Shown one piece after another: positions 1 through 13,000 of a DNA stretch of 64,000 bases. Positions within the stretch are counted from its first letter, which is position 1, and each line of letters begins with the position of its first letter. Location: assembly GCA_020137815.1 (NCBI GenBank), contig CM035359.1:3596001-3660000 (forward strand), written 5' to 3'. A program made the translations under genes and the position numbers. Below the pieces are notes generated by a model. It was given only the letters and a program-made list of their open reading frames with translations, was not told the DNA's origin and did no database searches. Source of the stretch: Hormiphora californensis (Eukaryota; Animalia; Ctenophora).

Positions 1-539
1 ACGAACAAAAAGTGATGTTCCATGAACCCACATGGAGTACTGATTACAAATCAGAGGTTGGCAGCGCAAAATCTACAAAGGTGCCATAGTCAATGGAGCG
101 TCCGAATTGTCCTAGCCAAGGCCACATCTAGAGCGATCAATGCTGAGATGCCACTCACCAAGGGTCGCTGGAGATATCCGAGACTGGCACAATGTGAAAA
201 CAGTGCTGGTGCGGTCCTCTTCATGGGACCTGTTAAGATAGTTATGGGAGACGATTCCACCCTTATCTCCAAAACCATGGACATAAGACGGAGGAAGAAA
301 ACTCTCCCGGGGGAAAGAGGAAACTCTGGAACCTGAGCTCCGTCCTTCTCGGGCGTGAGGAACTGGCTGCCGGACGGGATAAAATCACAAGTAGAGGATT
401 GGAAGCGGAGGCGCATACAACAACAACAACAACAACACCTTGATCGGTGCTCTCCATGAATTTTTTGAAAAAAAAAACGTTTCTGAATTTGTTGACCCTC
501 TCATGAGGACACGATTCGACGGGAAGTCAGGTATCAAAT

Positions 540-822
540 CAATCCATATCGAACCCGCTAACTAGCGAAATCATTTCCACATAGCACCACCGATTCGAAA
601 TAGGGTTAATACGGCGAAATTGACATTGAAATCCATACAATTTTCGTGAAATAATTGAAAAATTTTGCATGAAAAAGCCCGATTTCTGGGCATTTTTTGA
701 CCAAAAAATTCGGTGGTTCGGCCAAAATTTCCTACCGAACCGAACCGAACCGAACCGCCCAAAAAACACCGAATTTCCGAACCGAACCGAACCGAACCGA
801 ATGTTCGGTCGCTTCCTGGTCG
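540..822. mobile_element. Probable DNA-transposon end with (ACCGA)n subterminal repeats
   Basis: Clusters of ccgaa/ttcgg in both orientations at 708-810, typical of hAT-like MITE subtermini. No partner TIR is visible in the window. Confidence 0.35.
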
Positions 823-999
823 ACAGACTGGGAACATGTCTGCAAGGTGTTCATAATATACAACACTATACGAACCCTAGTCAGTTCCCTGTTCCCACGA
901 TTACCAAAATTACCCTTTGCTCGCGGTGATGTGCGGAGAAAACTTGTTCAAGGCGTTCGGGAATTCCATGTAAGTCATAATGTGTGTGTGTGAAATTAC

Positions 1000-3900
1000 C
1001 TGTGTACTATACTGTTCAGTAGTGGTATCTACTTCCACTGTCACTTCCAGGGAGACAATGCTTCCTATCTCGACTGTAAGAGTGCTCTGGAGTGGCCGAA
1101 CTACTGGCCTGTCTGAAGGGGAAGAGAGGGAGTGTAATAGGTACACATTGGGAGGGACGGTGTGTAATATGTATGGTACAAGGGCAAGAGAGGATGAAGA
1201 GAAAAGGGGTTTGTTTGGGACAAGTGTCGAGAGAAGGGGGATATATATAAGGCGTGTAATACGGGAGAGAAATGAAAACAAATGCACACAATAAATGTCG
1301 AATTTAAATCTTAGGAAGAATATCGACCCGCTCTCTCATTAACTTACTCAGTACACGAAGATATCTCGTGTCGGCTGTGGATCCAGTTGTACTACGGGTA
1401 AGACACTGGTAGGTGCCTGTATTTAGGGCGTTCACCCCATCAACTCGGAGCTCTGGTCTAGAAATATGATATTATAGGTTGCATGGGGTCACATCAAAAC
1501 CCTGGTATACCCTGGTAGAATACTTAGGTGTTAGTACTGCCATACCGAAACACTTAAAAAAGTACTGCAGAGTGAACATTTTAGGGAACTTTTTAGAGAA
1601 AGGAGACTACCTAATAATAACAGAGTGTTTTAAACTTACCCTGTTTGAATGAGAGCACTATTAAAGAACCACTGTATATCTGGGTGAGGATTACCCGCCC
1701 CTTCACATCGCATTACAACCTGTTATAGAGAGAATTCATGTTACCATGGTAGCATATGGTACAAGAAGTAATTAATAGATCTAGTCTATCAAAGAGAATG
1801 ATTTAGTCTGTCTAAGCTAGACCAATAAACTACACAGCTTTGTTTGAATTTGTAAAATTAAATGTCAGAGTCCTTCGCCGTGTTATGTCAGTGGATCCCA
1901 TAATAAACTTTTAAACACGATCTGCACTCACCGTATCGCCGTGTAGTGCGGTAGAAGGTCCAATAAAGTGGTAGATAACCGGTAGGGTGTACTGGGATCC
2001 GATTGTAAGATAGTAGTTGAGTGTTGTACTTCCGTTATTGTTGCTTGATTGAACGGTGTAGCTACCCTCGTCCGTCTAAAGGGGGGGGGGGGTTTATAAT
2101 GTGGGCATCATGGGTATTCATATTAAAAACTGAACTATCTATACAGTCCTTGTTTTAATGTTTTGTTCCAACCTCCGTGTACCGATTTACCGGGAAAATT
2201 ACCGGTAAATCGGGGTCTGACCGACTGTTTGGTTTGGTTTGGTTCGACTTTACCTCGCACTGCTCCCCGAAGGAGCCTGGCTCAAGTGGTACTGTTGTAT
2301 CCGTCTGACCGACTGTAGTACACTATAGTTTACCTGTTGTATATTGAATATGTAGAGGTACCCGCCCTGGTCAGATATCTGGTACTTACTGCCACTAGTT
2401 AGCGTCTGACCTGTATCAGAATAGAAGCTTGAAATAGTACAGTATAAAAAGGGAACTAGTAGTACATGAAGTATGATTTATATGAAAGAGGTAATACAGT
2501 AGTGTAGTACAGTATCATTACAGTAATGTAGTACAGTATTATTACAGTAGTGTAGTACAGTATTATTACTCTGATCAAGCGTGTATTGAGTCCTAATTAA
2601 TAAAGTAGTAGCAGCTACTAAAACACTGTTGCTCAAAGAGCAACAGTGTTTTGGTAGTTGCTCATATTGCAGGGTCTGTACAGTGTACAGCTTCATTACT
2701 CGTGTTGCAACACATTGTTACAAAGTTATATAACTTGTGGAGGCGGATCATTACTTAGGTTATACTAAGTATAACCTATGTAAGTCTTGTGTGTGGTGCC
2801 CCGGTTTAGAGATATCTGTATGCATGGTCATTATCCTATATTTAGGAGTACTACTCTACAGGGCACAAGGCATGAATACAATACAGTGTAGTACATTTCC
2901 TAACCCCAGTGTCCCTACCTAACTGGTATACTGGGCTAAATCCCACTATGTGCCCCTCCAATTCACACCAGGTGTGCTACTGTGTGGCTCTAATGGGGGG
3001 GGGGTATTGTGTGATCAGGATCTGCTATACCGTACAACCCCCTCAATCTCTCGGGGGATCATAGGTCACGCAAAGACAGTGGGACACCCTGTACAGTGTG
3101 GCATATCAATCTCTCCTCTTTAGAGGGACTCTTCTAATTTCTCCCTCTTCTAATAATAGTTCTCCCTCGTCTAATAACAGAACTCTTCATTACGAGCAGC
3201 TATACTGATCCATGGTTCCATGTGGCGCCAGAATATCTGTCATAGTTATATAATGTTCTATAGTTTGGTTCAGAGAGGGCAGTCTTTTGTGAAACAAATC
3301 GTTGAACATAAATAACCATGATGATATATCAGCCCTAATATTCAGTACACCGTTCCTTTTGCATTATATTAGGGTATTATATGGAGGTGCGAGATCATGT
3401 CCATTCACAACATACAGCTGTAACGAACAACTGTAACAATATACTGTTTCTAAACAAACTGTAACGAACAACAAAATACCGTTTCTGAACCATGTGAGAC
3501 CATCGGTAGGTTTAGCACCGAATGTCACCGTCGTACCATAGCCGGCTGATTGAACACGAGATGTCGTGTTGGAGATGTCTGGTAAAACTGAAAATACAAA
3601 GGTTTGAAGGCAACTCCAACCAAATTAAACGAAACGAAACCCCAAACCAAACTACCCCACCCGATACCAAACAACCCCAAACCACTCTACCCTACCTCAA
3701 ATCACTCCACCCCAAACCCCAAACCAAACTACCCCATACCAAACCACCCCATCCCACCTCAACTCCTACCTCGGACGGACACAGTTGCTTCATGAGCAGT
3801 ACGATGGGATCCCTGACTGGCAATACAGTGAACAGTAACAGTTTTATTTAGAGTTCCAAGGTACAGGGTGGACACAGAATCATCCCTTCCCCCACCCAGG

Positions 3901-4390
3901 ACTCGGAAACTTGGAAAAAGGACCTCGTTGGGTAGTTCCTGAAAAGAGAGAGTAACGGTCAGCCCCCGATTAATTATAGGAACCATGATGGGTAGAATTC
4001 AGCCCATGGAACGTTTGAGGACACATTACGGACACAATATTGTGGACACATTGAGGACACAATATTGTGGACACATCGTGGACAGTCTGAGGACACATTG
4101 AGTTGATACCTCGTTATGTTCTGACCCTCATTTACGGGGCGAGGTAAGTAAGGTCGGACCTTGGTTTGGGTATAAGGGATCTAAAAAATGGAAGAGTTGA
4201 AAGGTGGATGATGTGATGAGCAGGTGTTTCAAAGATTAACTCTTGTGACCTTCGAAAATGGAAGTTGGAAGAGGGATAGCTACAGTGTACCAACACTATT
4301 ATATTGCGGGTCAACAGGTGCTTCAATCGGTAGAAAACTGCGAAGAGAGTCAGAGAGAGAGAGGTGAGGGAGAGAGAGGTGAGGGAGAGA

Positions 4391-4476
<86 letters not shown>

Positions 4477-6989
4477 CGTAGGCTAGATTGACGAGACGAT
4501 GAGTGCTCTAGCTCACTTGATCATCAGTTCTTCGACTCTGGATGCTCAGTGTTCGGTGCGTGTACCACTCTCATCGTCTGCTCTCTCTTACTACCGCTAG
4601 CTCTTCTGCTGCTCTCGTGGATCCTCTCTCGTGACACGCTCACATCTGATTCTCTGAATCCATGCACTGTGTGACAACACTAGTACCTTGATAAAGTCTT
4701 AAAGTCGATGACTTTATATTAGTGTTTACATAAAAAGAAAAGTCCATACCAGTACTTGATTCATGGTGTTTTACATACCAGTGAGTCGATGGTAGGTGAT
4801 ATACGCAGTACTTGATTCAGTGTTTTACATACCAGTGAGTCGATGGTAGGTGATATATACCAGTACTTGATTCAGTGTTTTACATACCAGTGAGTCGATG
4901 GTAGGTGATATACCAGTACTTGATTCAGTGGGTTTTACATACCAGTGAGTCGATGGTCCATGTTAGGATGGATCCCTGGGAGACAGTACACGAGAGGGCA
5001 GTAGAGTCCCCCGGTGCAATGTTGACAGACTGTGGAGCCTCTCTTATTGAGGGTCGCACTAGAGAGAGAAATGGAGATCAAAAAACAATATTACTTTCGA
5101 ACATACTATCACAGAAGAAATGCCCAAAAAGATGGTATAGCTCACAAAAGCCAAACCTGTAATTTCAATTTGGATAAGGTGCCTTGTTATTCCACTACTC
5201 TGACTCCACACATGACACTCGTATAACCCTGAACTATCCAGAACCGCCTGAAAGTGTGGTAATGAGTATACCTGGAAAAAAGATAGTATTTTGGCCGGTC
5301 TGTTTTTGTGTCTCTTTCTCTCCCTCTCTCTCTCTTTCTTACGTTAGAAAACTGCAGTGTCAATTTATCTTCACTCAAGGCCACATTGTTTGTTCCAAAA
5401 ACAACATCTTCCCCTTCACGATACCACTTTATTGATAGCACCTGTAACAATTCATTGATAGCACAGCAGCTAGGTGCCTCAAGGACATATCCTGAAGAGA
5501 AGATTTTTCACGTTGAGTAACGCTAAGTGGGATTGAGAAGGTTTCAACTTACCTTTTCGCGTTGAGTAACACTAAGTGGGACGGAGAAGGTTTCCCCTGT
5601 AAATCGCTGCAGATATACCTCTCCTGTTATCTGTGGTGGACCTGTAACATTTACAGGGAATGTAACATTTACAGGGAATGTAACATTTAAAGGGAATGTA
5701 ACATTTACAGGGAATGTAACATTTACAGGGAATGTAACATTTACAGGGAATGTAACATTTACAGGGAATGTAACATTTAAAGGGAATGTAACATTTACAG
5801 GGAATGTAACATTTACAGGGAATGTAACATTTACAGGGAATGTAACATTTACAGGGAATGTAACATTTACAGGGAATGTAACATTTACAGGGAATGTAAC
5901 ATTTACAGGGAATGTAACATTTACAGGGAATGTAACATTTAAAGGGAATATAACATTTACAGGGAATGTAACATTTACAGGGAATGTAACATTTACAGGG
6001 AATGTAACATTTACAGGGAATGTAACATTTAAAGGGAATGTAACATTTACAGGGAATGTAACATTTACAGGGAATGTAACATTTACAGGGAATGTAACAT
6101 TTACAGGGAATGTAACATTTACAGGGAATGTAACATTTACAGGGAATGTAACATTTACAGGGAATGTAACATTTACAGGGAATGTAACATTTACAGGGAA
6201 TGTAACATTTACAGGGAATGTAACATTTACAGGGAATGTAACATTTACAGGGAATGTAACATTTATAATAGGGAATGTGTCAAAACTTTGGAAGCGCTAC
6301 GTAAAGGGGATTGTGCAACGTGCCCAAGTCAAAACTTGAATTCTTCGTTGTAACTTGTAACACTTGTAGGGGTGTCTGTTAGTCCCTTTCCGTATGTTTT
6401 TATTAGTTTGTGCCTTTGTTCATGAAGGAATTTTTCCTGAATCTTCGCTAAAATGTTTTTTAGACATTTTCTATGTCAACTTTATAGTTTCATGATGATC
6501 GAAGGTGTTTTTTGGCTAGATTGGAGTCTCATTTTATAAAAATAGTTACTACTGATCAAGTCCTGTTATACTAACCCTCCACTTCCAAGAGTATTTCAGT
6601 ATTCTGCAGATCCTCCTCTCTCTTTACCCTCACTTTCCCACTGTCACTCTCCTGAGTACTGTGAATCACTAGGGCCCTTCCACTTTCCTCAACTATGTAC
6701 CTGAGGGAATAATGTACAATTTTTTGATTTGGCTCTCCCTGGTCCTCCAGTGAATTGTCATCATGACACGAATGGTTTTGGTAAATATATAGGTATTGAA
6801 AATTTCCAAACTAATATAAACCGAAAAGTATCGATCAATGATGGGGTCTGTTTGTCTTGTTTTTGTTTTTGCTGCAGATGTAGTGCACCTTGGACTGGGG
6901 GACTGCTAAAGTGTACATGATGTGGTTCTCTCTCTCTCAGGGTACAAGGTACCGAGTCATTACCTCATTATCTCCCTGCTTAGAATCTT

Positions 6990-7045
<56 letters not shown>

Positions 7046-10000
7046 CCTCTCCCAAAACTCATGGCCCTATATCTCTCTAACCACACACTCCACACTCCCC
7101 AAAATATTCGTAACATTGTTCGTGTTGTGAATATTTTGGGGAGAGTGTTCGTCGAACAAAAAACTAAAGGCTCAAGATTACCAAGGATATAATTCAACTT
7201 ATTAAACTACCTTTGAGAATCCCAGCTATCGCTTGACCACTTGATACTTCCCGGCTCAATATCATCTTCTGCAGTAGAGACTCGGAGTGTGACTGTCTCC
7301 CCGCAGCATGGAACTGAGTAGACCGGGGAATCAGGGACCAAACGGGACTGAGCTGTAAAAAGCATAGAATTTGAATCGGGGTATTTTATGGTTAGGATGC
7401 CATGCATACAAATGGGGGGGGGGGGCAGTCCATCGGCCAAAATCAGGGTACCATCGGCCAAAATCAGGGTACCTTTTTAGGGCTGAATTACCCCCCTCCC
7501 CAAATTCCATGAAAGACGTTACATGGTGGAAGCTAGTTTTTATTTTCCGAAACGAACCTAAAAGTTTTAACAGCACTGTAGCCTGTGCATCAATCAGACC
7601 TCCATCGTTACGTGTACCCCTCACAGTAACCTGCAATTATAATGAAATTGGGAATTAGAATATCACACCTTAATGTGCGATTGAGAAAGAGAGGGAGGGT
7701 GCAGGAATGGAGATTTGGAAAGGGAGAGGAAGTTAGAGGGAGAGAAAGAAAGCAGATGTATGGAGACTATATTGCACTCTGTATATTGCAGAGTAGTAGG
7801 GTAACCTCCGTAAAAGGTTTGATGGTTCACTGCTGCCCTGCATTAATACACAGATTGCTGCAGAGAGGGTGGTGACATATATAACACGCGTAGATCAATA
7901 TTAGTACAATATTAGTACAGCTGATCTGTGTAACATTGAGCTGGCAGGGGCAGCGTTAATATACGATGAAATAAAGTGGTTTACTACAACACGAGACCGA
8001 AGGGCGATTGCTAACATTACAAAAACATGGACCGAGACCGACGGGTCGAGGTAGGCTAAGTGTAACTACTGAGCGAGCTTGCGAGCTCTGCAGTTAATAA
8101 GGCCGAGCTTGCGAGGCCTATAAAAATGAACGAATTTATCACATTATTGTTGTGTAATATATCACGTGAAAGATATTAGGTAAAGGGCGTGTTTAGGGCG
8201 TAGGCCCAGAAAAGTGTTTAAATATTAAAAAACTCGAAATTTATAATGTCAAAGTAATTCGGGTTTTGTCCGAAGTTGGTGACATTCTGAAGGACGGTAA
8301 GGGACGTTATAGAGTGGACTGTTACTGGTGATCTCTTGGTAATGTTCGAAATGCTCAAGTCGGGAGAGACGCCCTTCTGACAGCCTAGTTGAAACCTGGA
8401 TGGAAAGATCATGAACCAGATTATGTTAGGTCGGGGAGGAGGTCATTAAAAGTCTCTATAGTTACTGATTTAGTTTCCATGGCAACCAGACAATTGGTAT
8501 TTAACGGGGGAATAAAAGGGCCGACCGGTGGAATGTGGAGCCGCTCCGGGCTCCCGGTGGGTGCGCTAGTAAGATATATGTTATAAAAGTGCCAAACATA
8601 ACATCATGTATGTTATATCTGACACTTTTTAATATAAATAAATAGAGATCAAGTTCATTCAGACTAAGAAAGAGCAGGGGTCTCCCCTATTCATGCAAAG
8701 ACAGAGCAGGGGCAGAGCCTCCCCTATTCATGGAAAGATAGCATACTACCGAGATAAACGTTATGTGAAAAAAAACGTATTTTAAGGCGTGATCTTTTCA
8801 AACTTGCGTTTGATGGCCTTTTCCAGTGCCATATTTCCCAATTTTTCTGTGATAGTAGCGCTTGTAGTAATTAGTCAGCTTGTTTAAGTGGAGAAACTGT
8901 TTTCAAATGCTGTAAGCAGACGCAGCTCTATTGTGTAGCTCGCGAGTCCTAAAGTGTACGAGCTAGGAGCGCTGTGATTGGTCAATAGCTTGAACGGCTA
9001 CGTAGGGTCAGTAAATTCGGGAATTTTCACCGTTCAGCTGCATCATAAGTAATGACCTACATAGTCACATGTGTGACCTACATAGTCACACGTGATTAGA
9101 AACCTACCCTAGTTTAAGCATACTGCCAGTTGACAGGAGATTCGTTGTATTAATTACAGTTTCTGATTTGTCACATTACATAGCACTGATCAATATGTTG
9201 GTTTAGAGATCGTGTTTTTTGTTTTTTGAGTGTGCGTCATGTCACGTGCTGCACCTCTTAGAATTCTATTTTCACCCCATTCTATGTCTAGATGGGGGTT
9301 GAAATTCAGGAGGAAAGTTGTAAAAGCTTTAAATTTATCATAGGACTCAGTCCCTCAACAATTGATGAAGTTCGCTCTCTCTCTTCCACGGTACCACCCT
9401 CTCATCCACCCTGTCGTCTTATATTTTACTATTTTGCGGCTCGTTCGAGTTTAGCAAATTCCAGAATCCAGCTCCAATTACTACATTGTAACAGTCACAA
9501 AGGACCATATAATAACTGCTTTCCGCCGCCCTTTCACGTCTAGTCGAGTCTTTGGGCCCCTCCCTCCGTTCACTGTTCAGGCTCTTCTCGGTGCAGATTT
9601 ACAGTGAAGGTTTGCAGAGAGAAGCTCTGTTCGGACTCACCCAATCACTGCAGCCTTTCCATTGGTTTTCAATCTTATACAATCCTTTTCCTTCCATCCA
9701 GTTGTTGTTGTTGTCCAGTGAACCGCTCCCGTTCAAAACACTACTAACAGTCCACGAATTAAACCGATCCCTAAAAACCAAGGGTCCCCACTGCCCTTCC
9801 ACTCTGCACCCCTTTCTCCACTTGCCTCTTAGTCCCTTACCCTGCTTTCCTTTACTTCTGCCCCCTCTCCTGCTCCTACTCCTCCCTCTCCCTGCCCCCT
9901 TTTCTCTCCCTCCCGCCCATTTTCTGGTGTTTTTCTACCCTGTGACCTAAAATAGCAATGACATGAGGGGAGATTATCTACTACTAGTGCTTATTATTGG

Positions 10001-13000
10001 GTTCCATGCTACGATCCAAGTTGAATGTAGTGTCTACAACAACTGCAATATCACTGAAATCGGTCCCTTTCTCACGGAGATATGTCCACGTGTCCGGCCT
10101 CCAGGATCAGATAAAATTGTTTTTCGATGTCCCAACTCGAATGATACTTTCGCTGCCTACACTAGATACTCACAGGCACTTCGCCAAACCCGGAACATGG
10201 TGACAAAACTGTGCCCGAACGATGTAGCACACTACCAAGCTTGTCTTGTGAAATACCTCGACGATTATGACCGATTCAGCTTTTTTAACGGATTCAATAT
10301 CCGGCTGTTCGATTCCCCGCCGGTGTGCGGTCGTCTGTGCTGGAACAATGAAAGTTACGCCTACCAGTTTACGGATGACCAACACTGCCCAGAGGACGCA
10401 ACAATTTCAGAAGCCAACTTCACACGGTACGTCCTGCCTCGACCTCCCCACAATTACACCTTTCCTATCCCCTCAAATCTTGTGTGTGACGGGAAGTGTG
10501 ACTATGTAAATGAGGACTTTCTGAGCATGGTGTGGAGATGCGTGGACGAGATCGATTGCCATGGATTGTCATATGGTATTGTCATACCTGAGTCTGGTAT
10601 TTTCCCGCTAAACATCGGTTCCGACTTCATGGAAGCAACAAACATGAATTTCGAAAAGTATTGTGAACACTCGCATGAGTATGATGGAGGAGAAAGGAGA
10701 TTGTATCCACTGAACAACCGTACCCGGTGCTTTTACATGCTTCAATATCAACTATTTGGCAATGAGTTCGATTCAAAGCGTCACTATGACTATCCTTATT
10801 GTATCGATGGCCATGATCAGACTAACTGTTCCTACTCCGGGTTTGTAGCGGGACAATGCAAGGTCGATGGATTCCTCACCACCGTTTCAACACATATTCT
10901 ATGCGGGAGAGATATGCCGATCCTGTGCGATGACAAACTAGATGGTGAATGTTTTACATCGGATCGTCATTGTCGCGTTCACAAACACCGACTTTGTGAT
11001 GGTCACAGTGACTGTAACTCAGGTGCGGATGAGAAACTTGGTGCCTGTTATAGCAGGCTCACCAAGAGAAAGTGTGAACGAAGGATGACTCAGGTAACAT
11101 CTCTACTACCCATTCCCTACAACTGGGTCCAAGATGGGATTGTTGATTGTGTAGGAGGAGAGGACGAGGACTTTACCAGCTGGGATAGGTGTGGAACAGG
11201 ATCTACAAACAGAGTTCGTAGAGGGAGGAAATGTAGGGACGTCTTTGTTTGTCGACCAGGGGAGGTATTGAAATACCTAGAGCTGGAAGATATTTGTGCA
11301 ACTGCAGCAACGTGTGGAGGAAAAGCCTGTGAGAACTCAAACCCAGTCGTCCCTTGGACAACTTTATCCGAGACTGTTGTGGGCAACAGAAGGATAATAC
11401 GGAGCGGATGGTGCCAACGGGGATTGGAATCCCTAACTCGAGCAATAGGTGACACATGCACTGGAAATGATTTCACGAATCCATTTCAAGAATTTTTCGG
11501 GAAAACCTTGACGACTCAACTGATTCTTTCGAGTGTCATACACGATTGCCGCTACTTCTACGGCAAACAGTACGTCTATCGAACTTGCAGTGACCAGTGT
11601 CCAAACGAAAATTGTCCCTTGTCGAAACCAATCATTCACTCTTCTTGTGGAAACATAAAGAATCTTCGGTATTCCATTGCACAAGTTGGCGTCACTGTTG
11701 TAGAAAAAGACAGGTACGGTTATCATAATGACTTCTTTGCCTGCAACACCAGTCTCTGCATACCGTTTTCTAAGGTTTGTGACTTAGTGGACGACTGCGG
11801 GGATGGGTCCGACGAAGGGAATTGTGAAAATAGCGTAAAATGTGGGGAAAGCAACAGATATATTGCGATAAGTCAAATGTGCGATGTCACAATTGACTGC
11901 CCTGATTTTTCGGACGAATGCAACAACGACTGCCATCGGAAGTTTATTGAAAATGTCGCTACTCTAGCTTGTGCGTCGCTAATGGGTATAGTCGGGACTG
12001 TATTGAGTGGAACGCAGGTTTTTAAAAGCATTTTCATGGACGAGCCTTCAAAGAAGGATAGCCAGCTCATTAATAAAGTGTTTTCCACCCTCATCGCTCT
12101 TGGTGACCTCCTCACATCAACCTACCTACTGATTCTGGTCGCATTTCACTGGGCTAATCGGAATAGTTTCTGTGAGAAGCAGCTAGCTTGGGTTAGCAGC
12201 TGGACTTGTAGGATCCTGGGAATACTGAGCACAACCGGCACCACCATCACCTCTCTCTCCATGGCTGTAGTCAGTCTATTCAAGCTCCAGGGAGTAAGAC
12301 GTGGCATACGATTCCGGAGATCCAAGGATATTAGCCCGGAATTCAAGAAGAAAGTCTTCCTAATGGTTGCAGCTATCAAATTTATGGCAGTTGGTTTTGC
12401 TGTCACCCCGATCATTCCAGATTTTGAGGATGGTTTTGTAAACGGGCTTATCTACGAGGATGCTGCCCAGCTATTCCTGGGAGTGATGACAAAAGAGAAA
12501 CTCCTGTCGATTATCCAGGGATACCATGGCACCAGGATGATCACCAGATCCGAGAGTAGACTCTCATGGGCGAGGATCAGAAGTGTTGTGAGCAGCATGT
12601 TTACTGTGGACAACGGAGGGGTACAGCACAGGAAGTTATCCTTCTATGGAAATGACCCAATCTGTCTCTTCAAGTTCTTTGTCCTTCCAGATGATCCCCA
12701 ACTAGTATTTGTATGGTCATACATTTCCCTGCAGTTCCTGTGCTTTCTAGCCGTGGCCGTCTGTCACACTGTCATTGGGGTGTTGGTCACCCGGAATAAT
12801 AAAGTGGAGGGTAGCCATCTTGCCTCAAAGCTTAACGGGAAAATAATGTTGATCTGTCTAACGGATTTCTGCTGCTGGATGCCCTTCCTGATTTGTTGTG
12901 CCCTCCACACGGCCGAGGTGGTGGATATGTCGCCATGGTACCAGGTTTCACTCATCATACTGTCAATAAACTCTGTGATCAATCCACTGCTTTACAACAG

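Noticed and set aside
22-457. Short ORFs at the window start
   Set aside because: No recognisable domain or splice-consistent reading.
9552-9950. 132-aa Leu/Pro-rich ORF upstream of the GPCR
   Set aside because: Low-complexity pyrimidine-rich sequence with a non-ATG start; no evidence of coding.
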